Source: Anthoceros angustus (lineage: Eukaryota > Plantae > Anthocerotophyta). Taken from it: 64,000 nucleotides of DNA. The stretch's first letter is position 1; each line of letters opens with the position of its first letter. Under the pieces are notes generated by a model, which was given only the letters and a program-made list of their open reading frames with translations, was not told where the DNA came from and did no database searches. The stretch spans positions 1,488,001 through 1,552,000 of the forward strand of contig MU008160.1 in assembly GCA_010909165.1 (NCBI GenBank). The letters are read 5' to 3'. A program made the translations under genes and the position numbers. This document shows positions 35,101 to 46,900 of this stretch, one piece after another.

Positions 35101-38100
35101 TTCGAGGTGTTTGACCCGGTTAAAGGAGAAAATAATTGTGAGGACAAGCTCGTGAGACCTTGGCCGGCCTTGAAAACATGAAGGATGTTCTCCGGCGTGT
35201 TCAACAAGCTGAGAACATGGATCACCTCGTGGTGTCGGCTCCTCTCCCGCCAAGTCATGCCCGTCGTAGCAGGCGTGTAGTGTTTGTCAGTAGTATGGAT
35301 TCTTCACAACACACGGGACACCACCGTGGTAAGTGTGGATTCTTCACAACACACGGGACGTGGTGTCCGCACTGATGTCTGAAGTAGCATGGCCTTGCCC
35401 CCTCCTCATCCACGGTATTCGGCCGGAGGAGTTTCTCCCTGTGGTGGATGTAGGCCTCATACATGATAGTTCCCCAATCCGGCTTGGCTCCTCTCGAAAT
35501 CTTCCACAAGAATTGAAGGAAATTGGTGCTGAAATAGGAGTTGCGTTGGTAATTCACCAATCCCAAGACAATTTTGGCAAAGAGCCTCCACTTCAGTTCC
35601 TTGATGTTGTCCGTCTTCCAGCCGTTCTTGACGTGGGCCTTCACTCCTCCATCCATCATATCGAGGACCTCATGTGGAATTTCCGAAATGGAAATCCTCT
35701 TCCCTCCGTTCGTCCTCTCGAGGAGAGCGATTCCTGAGCTCTCCTCGGTCCTCCGGCTCCACACTGGTGAATGCTTGAGGCCCAACAACAACGGCCGGGC
35801 CGAGCATTCCCTCTCCGATAGGCGGAGGGCGCCTCGATTGATGGAGGTTGATGTAACACTCCTCAATCAACTCCAAATTGGTGTAGGCCTATTGGCGCCC
35901 ATACACCCATCTCAATTGGATGTTCTCCTCTTCTGCCCATTGCCTGAAATCCACCAAGTCTCGGGGATTGAGTTGCCCTGCGAAACATGTAAATTGGGGC
36001 ATCTCGAAATCTCCTCCGCTTGGCGGCGCGGCCTCCGCTGCTGCCTTCTTGCCTTTTCCTCCTCCCGAAGTCGAGCCCTTGGCAGGCGCCGCCTTCCCCT
36101 TGCCCTTAGCAGCTCGAGTCATGGCGCCTTCTCGCTCTCCAAGCGCTTCCAAGGAAAACAGCGTCTGTTCAAAAAGGGGTTTCTCCTGTCAAAAGGGGTT
36201 TTGGAAAAAATCCCAACCCTATTTTGCCGGAAACTGAAGTTGGTTTGGTTTTGTTGGTTTTGTAGGTGTTCATCCATCGGTTTCGCATTCTGGCCCACCA
36301 CTTCGTCGAGTCATTTACACGCCGGGCGCCTTATACTCGTGTTCATGGCGATTTAGTCGGTGTGATGAAGGGCCAGTGACCTCATTGTTCCATAATTTCG
36401 CCATGTCCGTAGTTTCGTGATTTTGTGTGGTTTTGTATGTTTTTATATACCAGAGGGCCTAGGCGCATAAGTGCGCCTAAACAACGCTTATGTGCAAACT
36501 TGTGCATGCACTGCAAAAAGAACGCGAAAAATGATCTTCTAATGGGAAGCATGTCCTTTTGGCGGTCGAGGATGTCGGAACTCGACAAAATAACAAATGT
36601 AGACATCGGAGGTTCACCTAGACCACTCTTATATACCTATCCTATGCCCTAATGCGACGAAGAACACCCTATCCCTTTTTATTCATGCGGTGTTTAGTCT
36701 CTTTCGTGATGACCTAGTCGGGTTATCATCAAACATGCTAGGGGGCCATTTGGGTGAACAAGTGCATGCACCGAGGGCAAGGGGCAGTGCGCGCACTTGT
36801 GCGCGCACCGAGGGCAAGGGGCACTGGATGTGCACACCGAGGCAGGAGGGCGGTGCGCGCGCTGCGCACAAGGGGCCGGTGCGCACTTGTGCGCGCACCG
36901 AGGGCAAGGGGCAGTGCGCGCACTTGTGCGCGCACCGAGGGCAAGGGGCAGTGCGCGCACTTGTGCGCCGAGCAGAGGCGCAAGTGTGCACACAAGTGCA
37001 CGCACCCAAGGTCAAGGAAGCATGAACCCAAATGGTTCATGCCTCCTAGTGCATTCAGACAGTTCATCAAAGAAAAAAGAGCAAAAGTCTTAAAAATCCT
37101 AAAAACATCTTAAAAATTACAAAAATTCCAGTTTTTGAGGCAAGTCAGACTTGCTCTAAAATTTTGACAAATTTTGCATTTTTTGTATTTTTTTGATATT
37201 TTGTTGTTTTAAAGGGTTCCTTTCGGCGTTTTCAACCTTTTTGTGCAGCACCCTAGTGTGGATATGTTCTTATCTTTACTTAACTCTCATCTTTTTCTAG
37301 TAGTTAAAACTTTGAACTAGTAGTGAGAACCTTTTGCATCTTTTGAATCTTGAGGCGTTTGGCGTGGGCCCGACTCTAAGTGCGAGACCATGCCACTCTC
37401 ATTCTCGCACTAGGCGTGGATCAAGAGCATCGAGGCCAAAGAAGATATTATTGTCCCAATGTCTAAGGAACAAAGTCTGTAAAATTCTCGGGCGAGTATA
37501 GTCATAGGATTGACTAGTATGAATGAAAGGTAGGTGCGCAAACAAGTTTGCGGACTAGAATTCTGACAAGCCCTAAAAACTCTAAATATTTGTATCGTCC
37601 AACACGGCAATGATTGCGGATGTTGGGATTTAGATGTAAGTGCGCGCATAAGTTTGCGCAATTTTTGTGTCGATTTGAAAAAAGCCGAGCGAGAATGGGA
37701 CTTTAGGTTTTGCCACGTACTTGCAATCTGATCTCAAATAACGTGTATCAAAAATTATTCAAAGGTTGCGGGTAACATATGCAGAGAAATATCAAAAGCC
37801 CGATTATAATGCGGATTTTTTCAAGTGCAAAAAGGGGTCCGGTCAAGTCCGTGTGCAAAAAGGGGTTTCAGGAGAAACCCCTTTCTAAACAGACGCTGTT
37901 GGAAGTAAATTACTTCCCAATTCCAGACACTAGCAACCTCAGGGCTTCGCCCTCAAACGCCTCTCCTCCTGTCAGCAAACCCCCAACTGAGACACAATTC
38001 CACGTTAGTCCAGGTTGGTGCTTCCCAGTTGCTGCCAATTGCTCTCGCCACTCCTCCTTCCAGGCCAAGGCGCCGCCAGCAGCTAGGGCTTGTGTCCTTC

Positions 38101-39891
38101 TCCGCGCCCTCAGCCTCTGTGACCGTGACACCCTCGATGCTCCAGCCTCACGGCGCCGGTCTTCCTCGATGCTTCCTAGCCACGCACAGTGCCGGCGTCT
38201 TCTCACGCTCCACAGCAATTGGCACCGTCCTCTCCTCTACCTCCTTCTCCTTTTCTTCCTTCTCTTCTTCGCCGGCCGCCTTGAGCTAGGGCTTCCTCCC
38301 AATCTTCAGCTCGCGCACAGCCTGTTTCCTTCACGTTTCCAGCGGCGATGGCGACGACAGCCTTCCTTCTCTCTTTTCCTCTTCCTCTTACGCTCCAGCT
38401 TCAGTCCGTCACGAAGTGAAGATGTCTCAGTTCGAAGAGAGAGTTGGTGCTGCCTGAACTGCACTTTGCCCTCTTTGGATTGCTGCCACCTGGAAGCCTC
38501 TCAACCCTAGATTTGATTAACTGTCCTAAAATACCTAGCCCTGCCTAAGTTGCCTATTTCCCTGTCCTATTTTCAGCCCCTAATTGATTACCTTCTAATT
38601 AATCCTATTTATTCATTCCCCTATTGGTAGGCATATATAGTGGATATACCCTTATCCTAAGTTCTCTTTTTAGTCGAGATGTTGTCACCTACGTAGTCCG
38701 CTACTTACGAGTGCTCCTCCCGACCTCTTGGCGTGGCGACACTCTGAGTGCCTACCGCCTTTCTACTACTTACGCCTCACAAAAGTCATTTTGACCCGCT
38801 TTTTGTCCCCTAAGCATCATCTTTACCTGCCCATCGACACCTAACAACTCCAACTCTCAGAGAATCGAAAAAAATTTCGGCATGTCTCTTCCCACTCGTT
38901 TCTAGCCAAAAAAAATCAGGTCCGTTCCACGGTAAGCTCGTTTAGGCGGGTTGCCCAAACTTTTACGTTCCACACACTTGTACCACCGGTTCTGAGGAGG
39001 CTATCTTGGGCGAAGCCTTGTGCGAGGCGTGCCTCAGCGGGACATGTACTTGGGTGCTTACCAGAGTGTGGAAAGACGGGAGCAAGAGGTCGAGCGCATG
39101 AATGGTGACATCATGGAGATAAAAAAAGGTATGTTTATTATCACCCCTTGTGAGGGGGACACACACAACAGTTGGTTTGTACCTATACTTGTTGTTTGTT
39201 GAGGAAGTGCTTATATAAATTCAAGTGCTTACCTCGTGCGACAGCTGTCATGCCGTGTGACACTAATCTTTGCACTTGGGTTTAGTGTTTGATTAGTATT
39301 AATTAACACTAATTACTTATCTTTAAGTAAATAAGTAGTGTTAATTAATCTAAATCACTTATGTTAATTAAGAGTGGATTCTTGTTAATTAAACATGGTT
39401 AGCAATACCTAAGTGGATAAGCTCAAGTAATATGCTTTAGCGTATTCATTGCATATTATAGTGTATTCTTAGGATGCAATAGCTAAGTGGCTAAGTTCTA
39501 GTAATGTGCTTTAGCATATTCCTTGCATATTATACTGTATTCTTAGGATGTTTTCGGCATATGCTAACGCCAATAGGATATCTTAGGAATATGCCGATGC
39601 CAAGGGCTAGTATATATAGACCCTTTCATAGAGGACAAGCTCAAATCATAGCTTGTCCTCTAGATATGCAATGCAAGAGTGTTGTGAGGAGGCCAAAGCT
39701 ATGACTCCGAGAGCGATGTGTGAGGAATTTGCGCGTTGTTCTTGTGGGGAGAGTGTGTTCGTACCACGACGTGCGAGCTACTCCCTCCTATTGTCATTGG
39801 TTTGCACCTATACTCGCATATTAGATTAGTTTTGCTAGGTTGTTTGTTGAGGAAGTGCTTATATGGATTCAAGTGCTTACTTCGTGCGACA
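32191..39891 (+). mobile_element. LTR element, copy 3
   Basis: Starts tgtcatgcc at 32191, second LTR starts at 39246, ends gtgcgaca at 39891. It includes a ~35-bp tandem array (gcgcaccgagggcaaggggcagtgcgcgcacttgt) at ~36770-36970. Confidence 0.68.
33150..33161 (+). promoter_or_regulatory. tRNA-Met primer binding site-like motif
   Basis: tggcatcagagc, one mismatch to the canonical TGGTATCAGAGC. Garbled in copies 1 and 2, and not directly preceded by a clear LTR CA end. Confidence 0.45.
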
Positions 39892-42800
39892 CAATGGAAA
39901 CACTCTTTCAATAGAAGGCCGAAGGAAATGAAGAGATGGTCTGCTTGCAACCCGCTGTATTTCTTGACCTTCAAAGCCGCTGCTCCAGCAGCAGCCCAAC
40001 CTAGACGCTTGGCGATACCTTGGGCAGAGGTGGTCTTACGTGCAGGGTCAGTGACCACCACGTCCGCCATCGAGACTTGGTCACCGCGGATGAGATACAA
40101 GTCGGCCCTGAGCGAGCGACCTGTACGAAAAGTGTACCACTGCTCTCTACAAGCCATGTAGTTGCTTTTGCTAACTATAGTGGACATGACGTCGCGAATG
40201 GCATTGTGGGTGGCGATGCGTTGACTCCCATGGGGGCAACGAGCGGGATGAATCCTAGAGTCGTCGAGGGTAAAGCTGCAATTGTAGGTAAGAAGGGAAA
40301 AAGCCACAGGCTGGACTAGGCAAAGACGGAATCATATCGCGGTAGTGAAAGAGGTCGGTGCGATGTGAAAACGTCGTATGCATGGACGAGCCCGAAGCCA
40401 AGCACTTGCACCTTTCCCGGAATAAGAAACAGGATAATATTTGAAGGGGCTTAATATACATGAAGGGGCTTTTGGGCCTATTCTACAGATAAGGGGGTTT
40501 CTGATGGGGCACTGGACATAGCATTTTGGGCACATCCAAAAAAAATCCCCTGAAAATTAGGGCCGCAATTGATTAGAGTCGAGGTATTTGCCTCTGCGGA
40601 AACCCTTTTAAGGTTCTACAGTTGGACGCCCATCCTTGTTTATGCTGTTTTGATGCCCATGTTCGGTCACCAGTTCTGGAGGTATATAATTAGAAAAATA
40701 TAAAAAAATATACAGCACGAGTAATAGGTTTCAGTGCTCATACGGTTCAAAAGTCATAGGCACTTGCCACATGGGCATGATGCTCGTGTTAACGGAGAAG
40801 TGGACCTTAACGGAGAAGTAGACCGTTTCCAAGAGGCAATAGGGCAATTGGATGCGGGCATGCCGGCGCTAGTGGGTCCACAAGTAGGTATGTGCGATTC
40901 ACTAGGAAATGTCCGGTGCCTAAGTACACACATGTAAGGGCGTGGGCATGCCGGGGGATAAAGCATTTATGATTTGAATACTGGATAAGGGCGCGAGCAT
41001 GCCAGTGCCTTTGGAGGGACTTTGAGGGGATAAAAGGGCATGAGGGAGCATAAGGGCACATGAGTGCTGGCATGCCGGCACCCTCATTTCAACATATACT
41101 TTATGCTTCTCTACTTGATACAAAGGAAGCTGATGAAGCGATGAGATATGAGGTCTATGGGTAGGAGGTCTTGGGTTCAAACCTTTAACAATATAGTATA
41201 TGTTTTGAAGTTGATTAGCTGGCCATTTTTTTAAGGCGCCGATATACAAGCGCCCATTAAATGTATTTTTTTTCCTAGTATTTAGGGAATAGGTAATATG
41301 GTTTAAAATCAGAGATAAAAATCCGAGGTTACTAGTTTGAGTAGTCTAAGTTTTTAAGTTGATTAGCTGGCCATTTTTTTAAGGCGTCGGCGCCTTTTAA
41401 ATGTAATTTTTTCCCGGTGTTTAGGGAATAGGTAATAGGGTTTGAAATGAAAGATAAAAATTTGAGGTTACTAGTTCGAGTAATGCTTCTTTTTTTTGGC
41501 TAGTATAGCATCGGCATGCCGGCGCGAAGTTGTCATGATTCAAACTCATGAAAGCTGAAATGCATCTAGGGCATGAACCTTCTTCTATATCAAAATGGCA
41601 AAGGATTGATGGACAGGCAAAGCCCAGAGATGCCGGGTGCTTGCACAAGCAAGTGACATATGGTCTAATGTAGGTCAGTCATAATGTGCATTGGTGCACG
41701 ATAAGTGGTTATAAGCCCTAGCGGGATAAGTGGTTATAAGCCCTAGCGGTAATGTGGATGCAAGCACACCGACGCTCACAAAAAACCTAGCTAAGGACGT
41801 CGGCATGCCGGTTTCCTATGGAGGGAGCATAAGGGCATAGGGTGCTAGCATATTGGCGCTTTCATTTGTATATATTATTTGCGCATTATAAAGTTTTATT
41901 ATCTCTTAGAGTTGGTAAAGTGGTTATAAACTTGGCTAAGAGTCATAAGTCATGAGTTCGAGATCCAAATTGAGTTTTAAACTAGTTAAGTTGAGTTTCA
42001 TGTAGAGCGCCGACATGCCCATGCCCTTTCAAGTAAAAGTAAAAGCCAGGGGTAGAGCCCCGGCATGCCGGCACCTACACACCAGGACTCTCAGGCCTTC
42101 TACCAGAAAACACATAAAGATTCCAAATCTACTAGCTAGTGCTCACTGCCTTATATCAAAAATTGCCTAAAATCATGATTTAGTTACTGTACATGTGCAG
42201 TTTTGTGGAAGCGGCTTTAATTCTGCCGGAAGAGGGTTTGTATGTTCAGCGGCTTCAAAGATTATCATATTAAGAGCGGAGCCGAGCTCCTGTGGACCTG
42301 AGGATGGAGGCATCCGAGAGGACTGACTAAAAAGCCTGGCCAAGTTGCTTTTCGATCAACGATACCTGCAACCCCCTAAATCCATCGGAGAGGAAGGTGG
42401 TGGAAGGGGGGAAGTCCTTCTGTGCATCCATTGATAACATGTCCCTGGCCTGCCATAAGAACATGTCGTAAAGGATAAAGCGGGATGCTAAAGCTGGGGC
42501 GGATAGGGCCCAGCTGTCCAGAAATGTTGTCGGGGAAGATATCTCCATCGGGAGCAAACCAGCACCCCCCGATGCCACTGAGAGGGACGCTTTCCAGCGG
42601 GTCAGATCGCCTGCAAGACACTCAAAAGCCCTCAGTCTCGTTATGTCTCCCAAGGTGTCCATGATCTTCCTGTCAAACCCCTGTAGCCGGGACACAGGAT
42701 CAGAGACGGAGGCCACGTACAGATAAAATAACAAGGCACCTCGCAAAGCAAGAGGAAAGCATACCACTTGAGCATCCTCCGACAAATATAGGTCTTTGAT

Positions 42801-43640
42801 GTGGGAGAGGTGTTGCCCCAGAGCCTAGTTCAAGAAGCTCTCGACAAAGTCAGGGGAATTGAAGGGGACCCCCAAAGTCCGTAGAACCAAGGCCGAGGGA
42901 CCCCAAAGTCCAGAGACCCAAGGCCGAAGCAATCTCCCCTTCAGGAAACTACAAAGTAGGAAAGATCCCCGATGGAGACCAGATACAGCACTTGGACAAC
43001 TTGACCTTTTAAGCCCACGCAGGAGAGCTCATAAGAGAAGAGCTCGAAGGTCTGCTTGACCTTGTCCCCAGGCCCGAGGATGTGAGAGTCGTCCGCCAGC
43101 GAAGGGAAGACACAGTCGTGCGTTGGGGAGGTGGCCTTGGAGAGAACCTTGTATGAGCGATGACAAAGAGAGCACCACCCAAAGGGTCGCTTTGCTTGAT
43201 CTGTGTGGCAGATTCCAAAATGGAGATAGCAAAACCCGATAAAGCACCCCAAGACTCCACCGGCGTCCCTGAGCTTCTTGAAGATCACCCCGGAATTGGT
43301 GTTGAAGGCATTTTCCACATCCACCTTCTTCAAGACCACTCACTCCGGATGAGTTTGGAGGCATACCTTTACTTCGAACACCACGAACTTGCAATACCCC
43401 GGAGTGGGAATGCCGAATTAAAGGGGATTGAAATGCTGCCGGAGAGGGAATGGCAGTCCAATAACTTATAAGGTGCAGGGCTCCACTTGCTACAAAATCA
43501 GGTGAGATAAGGTGCAGGGCTCCACTTGCTACAAAATCAGGTGAGATCTTTCTGCCTGCGACTAAGATATTTATGCAGCTTCAGCTCCCGTACTGCGCTG
43601 AGTGCGCTCACCCCATGGCTTCTCGATGCAACTGGCCAAG
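39892..43640 (-). mobile_element. CRE-like element, copy 3 (best preserved reading frames)
   Basis: ORF-track peptides at 39699-40307, 42327-42785 and 42941-43339. Confidence 0.8.
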
Positions 43641-43967
43641 GTACGACCATGTCAGTGCAGTGCACTCCACATTATATGTACATTTCTTTCTTTTCTTTCT
43701 TCTTGCGGAATAAAATATTGGGGGTAGGTTGACCGCAATGCGCAGTGCTCCCTGACCTGACGTGGAGTTTGCTGCAACTTGACTTGACCCGTGCAACAAC
43801 GCGGGACATGAAGGAAATAAGATACGAATGAGGAAAGCTTCATGCAAACAGACTCTGCGTGATGCGCACACATTCAACACCTGCTTCAGACAGATACGCA
43901 TTTCCATTTCCACTTCCTTAGGGTTGGGACTTTAGCAATTGATGCTGATGATTGAAGTGTCTGCAGT

Positions 43968-46900
43968 ATGACTGGAGCCATGGAGGGCCTCGAGCACGAG
44001 GTGCAGAATCTGCAGGTGGCAAGTGGCCATGGGTCGGGAAGACAGCATGATCATGAGCAACTCACGCAGTATTTTACCCACCAATTGAGAGCGGCTACTC
44101 TTCAGACACCGGGGTTGTTAGACGAGGTGCCTGTGGGCGACTGCTTGACTGTTGAAGACGTGATGAGCAAGGTGGAGGAGTACAGGCAGACTGAAAATGG
44201 TTTTGTAAAGGTTGCTGTACGATGGCGAGCTTGTATGAATCTTGCAGCGGCAGGGTTGAAGGCCCTCGAGGGTTGTCACGAAATTGCTTTGGATGCTTGC
44301 ACAGAAGTGGAGCTACAGCTGCAGGCGGAATCTGAAAGCCTCCCGCACGGAGAAGCCTGGGTTGCAGGATTCAAGGGGCTGATTTACGCTTCCAAAGGGG
44401 ACTGGGCGGCCGCCGAAAACTCCCTTTGGAGAGTTATCCAGGTGGAGCAGGCCTGTGTGGGCTCCCGCTTCTTCCACCGGTTCGTAGTCTGCCTGTTTGC
44501 CGAGAGTTTGGGGTACCTCATCATCCATGCCATGGATCCCAGGGTACCCACAGATTGCCCGGAATCGTCGGGGTTTTGCAGAAACAGCCACGCTTTCTAT
44601 CCATTCCTTTTGCTTTGCAGCGGTGAATTTCATCCAGTCAGTGATAGTGATTTCTTGCTGGAATGTGCGAAATTAGGTCCTCAGTGGCCTGAAGCTAGAT
44701 GCGCATGTGTTGATGCGTACTACAAGGCTGCCAAGGTTTTTGCGGAGTCGAAGAGTGCAACCAGATTACGTGAGAGTCTTTTGGCAGGGTACCTCATGCC
44801 TCATGCACTCAAAGTTCCCTTTCTGGAGATCTCGATGTGGGAAGCGCTAGGTGATTTGGAGTTCGTGCAGGCAGAATACCAATCGGCGCTAATTCACTTT
44901 ACAGGAGCGCTTAGGGTTGCCTTGATGGAGGGCGAGGAAGACGATCCGGTGAAGGTCCGGGCTCTTTGTGAACGCATATTGAAGTCAGCTGCTTTGAGCT
45001 ACCCTACACTGCCAAGACCTCCAAGAGACGCAGACTCCGTAGATGTTATGTGTTACGCCCTTTGCTTCATGACTAGGGTGCAACAAGCTGATTGGCCCAA
45101 CGCCGAGGATTGGAAGAAAACGAGTTGGGAAGAGGTGAGACACCTGCTTGCTACCAAGCACCAGCAATCGGCACCAGCACCAATATATCCGTGGATAACC
45201 GAGGCTTTGGAGGGGCTTGTGGACATCTATGATCGTGCTGGTGCTTACAGCTCTGCTGCTGAAGTCTGCCTCCTGCACTCAAGATTGGTGGATCTCCAGT
45301 CTCAGATAGGTAAGCTGTCCTCTGTTGTAAATTACTGGTACAAGGCGGGGGATATGGGCAGAGCCCTTGAGGTCATGGAGGCAGCGGTATCAGCATCCCA
45401 GCGGCTAAATGAATCCGATTGGGAGCTTCGAGCCCACATCCAAATTAGCGCTGCCATGGTGTGGCAGAAAGACGGCCAGACGGACAGGGCAGTTGCTGCA
45501 AGGGAGGAGGCGTGGCGTCTCTTTTCGACCAGGACAAACTTGGACGAGTTCAACAATCCCGGGGAAACCATCATCAAGGGGATGGTGGCTCTCCTCGAGA
45601 ATTACCGGGTGCGCAAGAGCTGGTCTTCAGCCTACGAGTTGGTGGGCTCCGTGGATGCCTACATGGACAAGCATCTGGAAGGGAGCCTGCTATGGGAGAT
45701 GTGGAACACTTCGAAGGCATACCTAGCGCAAGAGGTTGGCGACCTCCAGCAGGCTAGAACAATTCTTAGAGACATGCAAGAGATACTAGGGAAGGATCCG
45801 GTACAAACAGGTCATGGCCCAACTCGCCGTGAGTTACAGTTGCTCCAGGCGACCGCTGAGCTCCACTTAAGGAATGGTCACTGGAAGCTGGCTGTGAGGA
45901 CATCTGAGGGGGCACTGAAAGCCGTTCAAAAGGTTTCTATGAAGAGATTTGAGATGCGCATGCGCGTCAATTTGTGCTTTGCTCTCTGGTGTTTGGGACG
46001 GCACCAAAAGCTCGATGCAGAGCTGGAGACGGCATTGTCGCAGGAGGTCTCGGGTGTGGCTGATATAAATTTGGAGCTAACGAAGGTGCGCCTGCTGCAG
46101 GCCAAAGCCGCCTTGAGGCTCGGGGATACTGCCGCAGCATGGACCTATACCCAGATAGCAGAAACATTGGCAGCCAACGATGGTGTCCACCTGGTCCTGG
46201 TCAAATACCATCAAGCCAGTGTCCTGCAGGCGCAACAGCAATGGATGAGCGCTGCTAAACTGGCTAGGGAGGCTGCTGAACTTGCCGCTGCGCAACAACG
46301 GGAGACTTGTTATCAAGACCATGAACCCACAGCTTGGGTTCTGTTTTTCGATAACAGGATGAAGTCGGTCTACTGGCTTCTGCAGAATTTGTGGATATAC
46401 CACCTCCGACGCCCTGAGCAAGGCTTGCTTTGGGCGGAAAGGGCCAATGTGCGCTCTCTCTTGCACCAGATCCATAGGAAAGGATCTGAGGAGGACCCGT
46501 TTTTCAACCCCGTGGAATTGGAGCACTGCGACACTTTGTTGGAGAGCATAATCTGGGCCACTGTGAAATCGCTAAGCCCCACGACTGCCATCATCCACTA
46601 TGTCTACGACACATCGCAGGGCCAGTTGTACATGTATGTGACCAGATACTCAGCCAAATCTTCCAACGGGGTTTCCATCTTGTGCACTATCTGTGTGCTT
46701 AGCACCTGGTTTAAGAATGCAGGTGAGCCACCCACAACTCGTTTGGAGGAACTGATAAGCAAGGCTCGGACTGACATCCAGAATGAGGAAGACTCGAAGG
46801 GACCCATCAAAGCCCTGGTCACTCTGCACGCACTCCTGGTGCAGTTCATCGAGGCAGATCTGGAGGGGTGCGACACACTTGTCTTCGCACCAGGGCACGG

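Larger units (their letters stand above)
30681..44317 (+). repeat. Copy 3 (forward) of the segment, continuing into the full-length TPR-CHAT B gene
   Basis: agacacgcatacccggcag at 30681 equals 4650. The sequence equivalent to 17879 lies at 44317 and continues as intact coding sequence. Confidence 0.95.
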
